NCBI GenBank assembly: GCA_965250285.1
Contig: OZ252299.1
Span: forward strand, 1,440,001 to 1,504,000
Direction: 5' to 3'
From: Myxococcota bacterium
GTDB lineage: Bacteria > Myxococcota_A > UBA9160 > UBA4427
Length of the DNA: 64,000 nt
This document shows, piece after piece, positions 57,019-64,000 of this stretch. The stretch's first letter is position 1. Every line of letters begins with the position of its first letter. The position numbers and the translations under genes are program-made. The notes under the pieces were generated by a model. It ran no database searches. It was not told where the DNA came from and saw only the letters and a list, made by a program, of their open reading frames with translations.

Positions 57019-57977
57019 CAGCCGAGGAACTCCAGTACGAGGTCGGCCACGCGGTGCGGCTGCTCGATATGGATGAAGTGTCCGCTCTCGTCGAACGACA
57101 CGATCCGTGCGCCCGACGGCAGGTAGGGCTCGAGATCGGCGGGCTGCGTCTCCCAGCCCATCGTCTCGGGAACGCGCGCCAGCAGGCCGAGGAGCGGAGG
57201 CGTGAGCCCCGGCAGTCGCTCCATCTCCCAGGTCGGGCGCCATGGCCCGAAGCCGCCGAAGCGCATGCTCGGGTCGATCTTCCAGCGCCAGCCGTCCGCA
57301 TCGGGGCGCGCACCCTGGGTGACCAGGAAGCACAGCCACTCGTGCGTGAGGCGTGGGTTCATCTTCGCGCGCCGTCGCGCCAGCGCTTCGAGGTCGTCGG
57401 GGCGACGGGTCTTGCCGGCGCTGCGACGCCGGTGATCGAGCCAGCCGCGCAGCTCTCCGTCGAGCAGTCGCGAGCGCTCGTGGTCGCTGACGTCGGGTCG
57501 GCGGCTGCGCGACGGCATGCCGTCGATGTTGATCAGATGCGAGGCGCGGTGGGGCAGCGCCTGGGCGAGCTGCGTGAGCAGCGAGCCGCCCTTCGAATGA
57601 CCGATGAACACGAGCGGCTCGTGGCTCACCGAGTCGAGCACGGCGGCGGCGTCGCGCAGATCTGCGCCCCATGAGTAGAGCCCGGCGTGGTCCGAATCGC
57701 CGTGACCACGCTGATCCCACGAAACCACCCGGTAGCCCGCATCGGCGAGGATCGGGGCAAACACGCTGAACGTCGCTGCGAAGTCGAAGCCACCGTGCGC
57801 GAGCGCGATCGGCGGCGCGTCGGGCTCACCCCATTCGTGGACCGCGATCGAGACGCCGTGGCTCGAAACGCTGCGCCGCCGATCGGCGAGTCGCGCACCC
57901 GGATACGCGAGCCAGCGGTTGGCTTCGGGCGGCAACGCGTCCGCAGGCTGGTCGTTCGGCTGCGTTCGGTCGCTCAC
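57018..57977 (-). CDS. Alpha/beta hydrolase
   Basis: AHGGFD, DQRGHGDS, GHSKG and GHFIHIE; GTGA overlap with the CDF gene. Confidence 0.92.
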   Translation of the reverse strand: MSDRTQPNDQPADALPPEANRWLAYPGARLADRRRSVSSHGVSIAVHEWGEPDAPPIALAHGGFDFAATFSVFAPILADAGYRVVSWDQRGHGDSDHAGLYSWGADLRDAAAVLDSVSHEPLVFIGHSKGGSLLTQLAQALPHRASHLINIDGMPSRSRRPDVSDHERSRLLDGELRGWLDHRRRSAGKTRRPDDLEALARRRAKMNPRLTHEWLCFLVTQGARPDADGWRWKIDPSMRFGGFGPWRPTWEMERLPGLTPPLLGLLARVPETMGWETQPADLEPYLPSGARIVSFDESGHFIHIEQPHRVADLVLEFLG

Positions 57978-58897
57978 TCGGTCGCCACCCGCTCGCGATA
58001 CACGTCGGGCTCGACGTAGATCGTGCAGCGCACGTCGACCGCGGCGCGGACGCGCGCTTCGAGCGCATCGATGGCCGCAGCGAGCGCCGGGAAGTCGTGC
58101 ATGCGCGCGAAGTCGACCTTCACGCCGATCAGGATGTGCTCGGGCCCGAGGTGCAGCGTGCGCAGGTGGATGATGCGCTCGACCTCGTCCGACGACACGA
58201 TGGCGTCGCGTACGGCCGATTCGGCTGCGGGGTCGGCGGCCTCGCCGATCAGCAGACTCTTCATCTCGATGGCGAGCACGACGGCGATGGCACCCAGCAG
58301 AATGCCGATGCTGATGCTGCCGATGGCGTCGTAGCGCGCATTGCCGGTCACGGCGGCGAGCCCGATGCCTACGAGCGCGATCATCAGGCCGAAGAGGGCG
58401 CCGAGATCTTCGAGCAACACGACGGGCAGCTCGGGGCTCTTGGCCTGGCGGATGTAGTCCCACCAGCTGCGCGTGCCCTTTCTCGGGCGTGCTTCGTTCA
58501 CGGCGGTCCGGAACGAGAAGCCCTCGACGATGATGCCGAACACGAGGATCGCGACCGCGATCCACGGGCTCGTGAGCGGCTCGGGGTCGGACAGCTTGTG
58601 CGTGCCCTCGTAGAGTGCGAAGAGCGAGCCGAGGGTAAAGATGACGAGCGCGACGACGAACGACCAGAAGTAGCGCTCGCGACCGAAGCCGAAGGGGTGC
58701 TCGGGGGTCGGGGGGCGCTTGGCGGCGGCGCCGCCCCAGAGCAGCAGCGCCTGGTTGCCCGAGTCGGCGACCGAGTGGACGCCCTCGGCGAGCATCGATG
58801 CGGCGCCCGTCACCGCCCAGCCGACGAACTTCGCGATCGCGATGGCGAGGTTCGCGAAGAGCGCAGCGAAGATCGCCTTGCGGCTGCCGGTGGCCAT
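57974..58897 (-). CDS. Cation diffusion facilitator (CDF) transporter
   Basis: AEGVHSVAD, HPFGFGRERY and LLEDLGA. Confidence 0.94.
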   Translation of the reverse strand: MATGSRKAIFAALFANLAIAIAKFVGWAVTGAASMLAEGVHSVADSGNQALLLWGGAAAKRPPTPEHPFGFGRERYFWSFVVALVIFTLGSLFALYEGTHKLSDPEPLTSPWIAVAILVFGIIVEGFSFRTAVNEARPRKGTRSWWDYIRQAKSPELPVVLLEDLGALFGLMIALVGIGLAAVTGNARYDAIGSISIGILLGAIAVVLAIEMKSLLIGEAADPAAESAVRDAIVSSDEVERIIHLRTLHLGPEHILIGVKVDFARMHDFPALAAAIDALEARVRAAVDVRCTIYVEPDVYRERVATE

Positions 58898-59018
58898 GGT
58901 TCCCCCGATTGCGTCGGCCACGCCACGGCGCAGCCCGAGCAGAATAGGAAGTCGTGATCCCAGCCGACAGGGGCGGAGCCCCTCGACTTGCAGCGTCGTT
59001 CAGCGACGCGCGCGGGCG

Positions 59019-60506
59019 TCAGTCGGTGTCGACCGCTCGGGCTCCACCCAGCGCCGCGATGCCGCCACTGACCGTCGCCGAGATCGGAATCCACCATGGC
59101 CACGCCACGGCGGTCGTCTCGAGCAGGAGCGGTTGCAGGAAGAGCGCGGCACCGACCGCCGCGCCGGCACCGAGCCCGGCGAGGGTCGCGCGTGGATCGC
59201 CGCGGTCGGGTCGGAGCCACGCGACGACGAACACACCGAGCAGTCCGCCATAGAGGATCGACATGGCCGACAACGCGAACTGCACCAGGTCGAGCGGAGC
59301 GGCGTCGTCGGCGGGGCCAGCCTGCAGCGCGTCCCAGTAGATCGACATCGCCCAGGCGGCCGCCATCAGCAGGCCGGTGAAGACGACGCTCGCTCGCCGC
59401 ATGCGTCGCTCGGGGTGCGCGTCGTCGGAGCGTGGGGCGACGTCGGTCACCCAGGTCGTCGCGAGTGCGCAGATCGCCGAGTCGAGGCTCGACATGGCGG
59501 CCGCGAAGAGGCCGACGAAGACGAGCGCGCGCAGACCGGGCGGCAGCAGGTCGCGGGCGATGGTCGGGACGAGTCGCTCGCTCGCTGCGACGTCGGGCAT
59601 GGCGCCCGTCGCGGCGGCGTAGGCAAGCAGGGTGCCCACCGAGAGAAAGAGCGCGGTGATCGGAAAGTTGAGCCAACCCGAACGCAACAGCGCCGCGCCG
59701 CCCGTGCGGCCATCCTTCGCCGTCAGCAGGCGCTGAACCATGTCCTGATCGGTGCCGTGCGTCGCGAGCGTCAGCGCGAAGCCGCCGAAGATCGCGGTCC
59801 CGAGCGCACGCGCGTCGCCGAGGCTGAGCCAGGGCGAGCCGTGCACGATGCGCGTGCGCCGCTCGGCGCGCGCCCACTCGAAGAGGGCGGCCACGTCGAG
59901 GTCGAGCACGGTGAGCAGACCCGTGAAGAGCGCGATGACCGCGATGAGGAAGATCGCGCCCTGGAGCACGTCGGTGCGGATCACGGCGCGGATCCCACCT
60001 CGCACCGTATAGGCCCCCGCGATCACGCCCGTGATCACGATCGCCGGCCCGCTCGCGAGGCCGGCCAGCACCGCGACGGCCTGGGCGGCGATGAACAGAC
60101 GGGCGCCCGACGCGAGCACGCGACCCGCGACGAAGGCGCTCGCCACGGCCCGCTCGGCCCTCGGCCCGTCGCGCGCGCCGATCAGCTGGTAGACCGTCGT
60201 GAAGCGCCGCCGGTAGTAGAGTGGAATCAAGTGCCGCGCGAGCACCCACTTCGCCACCAGGGCGCCGACGGCGAGCTGCAGGTAGGACCAGTCGCCGACG
60301 AAGGCGGCTTGCGGAACGCCGATGAACGTCGCGGCCGAGAGCTCGGTGGCGACCATCGAGCAGAGCACGGCCCAGCCCGGCATCGTCCGCCCGGCGAGGG
60401 TCAACTCGTCGCCCGTGGCGCGGTGCCCGCCCGACCGCAGACCGAGCCACAGCAGTCCCGCCGCATAGGCAACCAACACGCAGAGGTCGAGACTGTGCAC
60501 CTGCAC
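59019..60506 (-). CDS. Sodium:solute symporter family protein
   Basis: SMVATELSA.TF, GGIRAVIRTDVLQ, DQDMVQR and AAAMSSLDS. Confidence 0.93.
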   Translation of the reverse strand: MQVHSLDLCVLVAYAAGLLWLGLRSGGHRATGDELTLAGRTMPGWAVLCSMVATELSAATFIGVPQAAFVGDWSYLQLAVGALVAKWVLARHLIPLYYRRRFTTVYQLIGARDGPRAERAVASAFVAGRVLASGARLFIAAQAVAVLAGLASGPAIVITGVIAGAYTVRGGIRAVIRTDVLQGAIFLIAVIALFTGLLTVLDLDVAALFEWARAERRTRIVHGSPWLSLGDARALGTAIFGGFALTLATHGTDQDMVQRLLTAKDGRTGGAALLRSGWLNFPITALFLSVGTLLAYAAATGAMPDVAASERLVPTIARDLLPPGLRALVFVGLFAAAMSSLDSAICALATTWVTDVAPRSDDAHPERRMRRASVVFTGLLMAAAWAMSIYWDALQAGPADDAAPLDLVQFALSAMSILYGGLLGVFVVAWLRPDRGDPRATLAGLGAGAAVGAALFLQPLLLETTAVAWPWWIPISATVSGGIAALGGARAVDTD

Positions 60507-60865
60507 CCGTCCTCGTCATCCGGCTCGGCTGCGCCGGGTCGGACTCGCTCGGGTCGCGTTCAAGGCGACCCCTTCGGGATCTTTCGGGGGGGCGTGCGAA
60601 AGGTACTTGGCAATCGCTTCGAGACGAAGGAAAATCGAAAGGTCACGACTCGCCGACCGCCGCAGACGGCCGTTCACCGCCTGCTGCTGCCGCAGCCGGT
60701 AGCTGATGGGACCATCCGGTGCAGTCGTGGGGGTGAGTCGGTCGCATGACCAGTTCGGGGCCGGTCGGTTCCGCGAGCGCGATGCGTTCGCGGGTGGCTG
60801 AGACCGGTCCAGACGCGGGACGCCGCAGGCGATCGGGAGGCGAACCACGCCGGGCCGGAGCCGGC

Positions 60866-60914
60866 GCCTGCGAACGGACGCGCGCACGGGCCTGTGAACG
60901 GGCCTGTGAACGGG
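60866..60914. repeat. 12-bp direct repeats upstream of the CBS gene
   Basis: GCCTGYGAACGG at 60866, 60890 and 60902. Confidence 0.75.
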
Positions 60915-60993
60915 GCGGCGACATGGGCGGCGAGAGGGCGGCTCGCCTGGGTGGCGAGCGGTGCCGAGCGTGCCCACGAAGGAGGGATTCCAG

Positions 60994-61566
60994 ATGAAGC
61001 CTCATCTCAACGAGATTCAGTCGTCGGTCGTCGGCCGCGAAGAAGAGTCCTACTTCGCGTCGGACCGAAAGCGCAAGAAGCGCAAGTTCGATCGACACCT
61101 GCTCTCCGAGTCGGTCGGCGTTCTGTCGACCCGTGCACCGATCGTGCTGTCCGAGTCGACGACGATCAGCGACGCGATGAGCGCCATGCAGCGCCAGGGC
61201 AGAGGCTGTGTGCTCGTGACCGAGAACGGCACGCCGTCATCGCCTCTGATCGGCATCTTCACCGAGCGGGACGTGCTGCAGCGCGTGATCGACGGCGGTC
61301 GCAACCCGGCTCAGGTCGAGATCGGTGAGGTGATGACGCGTGAGCCCGAGACCCTGACGTGCGATGCGAAGGTCTCCTGGGTGCTCAACGTGATGTCGGT
61401 CGGCGGGTTCCGCCACGTGCCGATCGTGAACCCGAGTGGGAGCCCCGCAGCGGTCGTGTCGGTGCGCGACGTGGTCGAGTACCTCGTCGCCTCGTTCCCC
61501 GAAGAGATCTTGAACCTGCCGCCCGAGTTCGTGCAGCGGCAGGTGCTCGCGCGCGAAGGCGCCTGA
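60994..61566 (+). CDS. CBS-domain pair protein
   Basis: LIGIFTERD, VMTREP and FRHVPIV; AAGGAGG RBS. Confidence 0.92.
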   Translation: MKPHLNEIQSSVVGREEESYFASDRKRKKRKFDRHLLSESVGVLSTRAPIVLSESTTISDAMSAMQRQGRGCVLVTENGTPSSPLIGIFTERDVLQRVIDGGRNPAQVEIGEVMTREPETLTCDAKVSWVLNVMSVGGFRHVPIVNPSGSPAAVVSVRDVVEYLVASFPEEILNLPPEFVQRQVLAREGA

Positions 61567-61581
61567 GGCGCCTGGGCCGCA

Positions 61582-62754
61582 TCAGGGCGCGGGGGCCAGC
61601 GGCGCTTCGCGCCCCCCGTCGCCGGCTCCCGAGCGAGGCTCGGTCAGGGCCTGGATGCCGGCCGGGCTGCCCGCGCCGAGACTCCACTCGGTCGCGGGCC
61701 GCGCCGCGACGATGAAGGTGGCCGCGAGGGCCGCCACCGCGAGCACGCCCGCCGCCGCCCACGCCCAGCCTGCGCGTCGTGCCGATCGCTCGCCGAGCGG
61801 TCGGTCGAGCCACACCGTTTCGTTCTCTTCGGGCTCGAAGAGTCCGCGGCCCACGACGTACGCGAGGATCTCGTCGCGCGCGTCGGCTGCGGACGGGCCC
61901 CCGAGACCGCGCTCGAGCGCCAGGCGGACCTCACGCGTCGTGGCTGGGCGCCGCGCGGCCTTGCCCCGCATCAGTCGTCGCAGCAGCTTGACGAGGGGAC
62001 GCGGGATCCAGCCGTGCGCGCCCTTGGGCTTCGGATAGCTCTCCGACTGCATCTGCTTGAGCAGACTGCCGGTCGCGGGCGGCTCGTCTGCTTCTTCGTC
62101 GTCGATGCCCGGCAGCCGGTAGGGCGCGCGGCCGACGAGCATCTCGTAGACGATCACACCCAGCGCGAACAGATCGCAGCGCGCGTCGACGCGGTCGCCG
62201 AGCATCTGCTCGGGCGGCATGTAGGTCGGTGAGCCGATCATGACGCCGGGCTCGGTGAGCGACGATCCGGCCGCCTCGAGGGCCAGTCCGAAGTCGGCGA
62301 TTTTCACCTGCCCGCGTCGGCCGATCAGGATGTTCGCGGGCTTGAGGTCGCGGTGGACCGTGCCGAGACCGTGGATCTCCTCGAGCCCACGCGTGATCTC
62401 GAGCGCGATCAGGGCGGCGATGCGCCAGGGCAGGCCTCCGAGGCGCGACAGCGAGGTCTTGAGATCGACGCCGTCGACGTACTCCTGCGCGATGTACATG
62501 TTCTGGCGATGTCGAAACTGGTCGTACACCGCGACGACGTTCGGATGATGGATCTGAGCCGCCGTCCGGGCTTCGCGCTCGAACCGTCGGGCGAGGTCTT
62601 CGCGCTCGACGAGGTCGCGGCGGATTTTCTTCAGAACGGCCGGCCGATCGAGTGAGGTCTGGCGCGCGAGCAGCACCTCGCCCATGCCGCCGCGGCCGAG
62701 CTCGGCTTCGACGACGAAGGGGCCGATCTTCTGACCGATGGGGCCGGGCGCCAC
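61582..62754 (-). CDS. Hanks-type Ser/Thr protein kinase with C-terminal TM
   Basis: GRGGMG, HRDLKPAN, DFG and YMPPE. Confidence 0.95.
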   Translation of the reverse strand: MAPGPIGQKIGPFVVEAELGRGGMGEVLLARQTSLDRPAVLKKIRRDLVEREDLARRFEREARTAAQIHHPNVVAVYDQFRHRQNMYIAQEYVDGVDLKTSLSRLGGLPWRIAALIALEITRGLEEIHGLGTVHRDLKPANILIGRRGQVKIADFGLALEAAGSSLTEPGVMIGSPTYMPPEQMLGDRVDARCDLFALGVIVYEMLVGRAPYRLPGIDDEEADEPPATGSLLKQMQSESYPKPKGAHGWIPRPLVKLLRRLMRGKAARRPATTREVRLALERGLGGPSAADARDEILAYVVGRGLFEPEENETVWLDRPLGERSARRAGWAWAAAGVLAVAALAATFIVAARPATEWSLGAGSPAGIQALTEPRSGAGDGGREAPLAPAP

Positions 62755-62929
62755 GGCGATCCTCCCGAAGACGCGGCGAAGACGCGCGTCCCGGGATGCT
62801 GGATCGGGCTGGGGCCGGGTCGGCTTGAGCCCCGCTCGTCGGCCGGGTGACGTCGGTCACGCAGGTGGCCGTACAGCACGGCGAGGCCTGCGCACGCGCT
62901 GCCTGTTCCGACACGGCTGGTGGACCGGA

Positions 62930-63463
62930 TCAGGTGCGCTCGTGGCCCCTCGTCATCAGGATCTTGCCCGAGCGGATGACCTCGACGATGTCGAACTCGT
63001 CCAGCACCTCGACGATCGCATCGATCTTCTCGCTGCCCCCCGAGACCCGCATGATCAGGCTCTCGGTGCCGTAGTCGACGACGCGGGCCTTGAAGTGCTC
63101 GGCGATCTGCAGGATCTCGGTACGCTGCTCGAGGGAGCAGGCGACCTTGAGCAGCGCGATCTCGGTCTCGTACGCCCGGTCGTGGGTGTGATCCGTGGCG
63201 TGCACCACGTCGACCAGCTTGGCCAGCTGCTTGATGATCTGTTCGAGTGTCGCGGCTTCGCCCGAGCTGGTGATCGTCATGCGCGAGAAGCCTGGCTTGC
63301 GCGCGGCCGAGACCACGAGGCTCTCGATGTTGTAGCCGCGCCGCGAGAACACGAGCGCGACGCGAACGAGTACACCCGGCACGTCGTGCACGAGCAGCGA
63401 GATCGTGTGGACCGATTTCTCGGGGCTCGCCTCGGCAACGGTGATGTCGGTGGCAGCACTCAT
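62930..63463 (-). CDS. ilvN: Acetolactate synthase small (regulatory) subunit
   Basis: PGVLVRVALVFSRRGYNIESL and EQIIKQLAKLVDV. Confidence 0.96.
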   Translation of the reverse strand: MSAATDITVAEASPEKSVHTISLLVHDVPGVLVRVALVFSRRGYNIESLVVSAARKPGFSRMTITSSGEAATLEQIIKQLAKLVDVVHATDHTHDRAYETEIALLKVACSLEQRTEILQIAEHFKARVVDYGTESLIMRVSGGSEKIDAIVEVLDEFDIVEVIRSGKILMTRGHERT

Positions 63464-63464
63464 C

Positions 63465-64000
63465 TCAGGTGCTCCCCGTCGGCTTCTCGAGCCGCTCCTT
63501 GGGCTTCTCGATGATCATGCCCGAGATCGGCGCCCCGGCCGGGATCATCGGGAACACGTTGTCCTCCTGAACCACCTCGGCCACGACGACGCAGGGGCCA
63601 TCGCGGTAGGCCTCGGCCTCGGCCAGGACCCGATCGACGTCGGCGGGTCGCTTGATGCGGAGCGCCTTGATGCCGTAGGCCTGAGCCAGCTTCACGAAGT
63701 CGGGGTTGCCCTCGAGATCGACGCCCGAGAGGCGATTCTCGAAGAAGAGCTCCTGCCACTGTCGCACCATGCCCAGGTAGTTGTTGTTGATGATCAGGCA
63801 CTTCGTCGGCAGCTTGTGGATCGCCGCCGTCGCGAGCTCGCTCTGCGTCATCTGGAAACCGCCGTCCCCGACCACGGCCCAGATCGACTTCTCGGGGCAG
63901 CCGAATTGCGCGCCGATCGCCGCCGGCCAGCCGTAGCCCATCGTGCCGGCCCCACCCGAGCTGAGCCAGTAGCGGTTGCTCGTCGTGAGGCAGAACTGTG
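63465..64000 (-). CDS. ilvB: Acetolactate synthase large subunit, C-terminal part (5' end beyond the window)
   Basis: SSGGAGTMGYG, GDGGFQM...NNNYLGMVRQWQ and VFPMIP. Confidence 0.95.
   Translation of the reverse strand, partial: QFCLTTSNRYWLSSGGAGTMGYGWPAAIGAQFGCPEKSIWAVVGDGGFQMTQSELATAAIHKLPTKCLIINNNYLGMVRQWQELFFENRLSGVDLEGNPDFVKLAQAYGIKALRIKRPADVDRVLAEAEAYRDGPCVVVAEVVQEDNVFPMIPAGAPISGMIIEKPKERLEKPTGST

Overview
GC-rich (roughly 70% by eye), gene-dense bacterial chromosomal window. Sigma54 promoters, a Hanks-type Ser/Thr kinase, a TonB receptor and C-terminally sorted proteins suggest a Gram-negative, Myxococcota/deltaproteobacterium-like organism (inference only). Most of the window is catabolic or housekeeping: SDRs, a LOG-family protein, a P450, GNATs, MFS/SSS/CDF/MscS/ABC transporters, two PQQ dehydrogenases, a CoA transferase, an acyl-CoA dehydrogenase pair, an A1-type cytochrome c oxidase operon with a dihaem cytochrome and small ORFs, a GAF/PAS hybrid kinase, an ECF sigma factor and ilvBN. 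I saw no rRNA, tRNA, CRISPR array or transposase. The most interesting part is 9.0-19.7 kb. It holds three tandem, equal-length (339 aa) paralogues of an unrecognised, acidic, 8-Cys secreted protein ending in a VPLAP-TM-RRR sorting-signal-like tail. Each paralogue has its own TGGCAC-N5-TTGCT sigma54 promoter, positionally conserved IHF/enhancer-like motifs and its own terminator. They lie downstream of a coupled beta-barrel-like protein and TonB-dependent receptor pair, next to a divergent GT-C-type glycosyltransferase. This looks like a regulated, multi-copy cell-surface (possibly glyco)protein system. All product calls come from motif recognition, not database searches, and several start codons were re-picked from RBS context.
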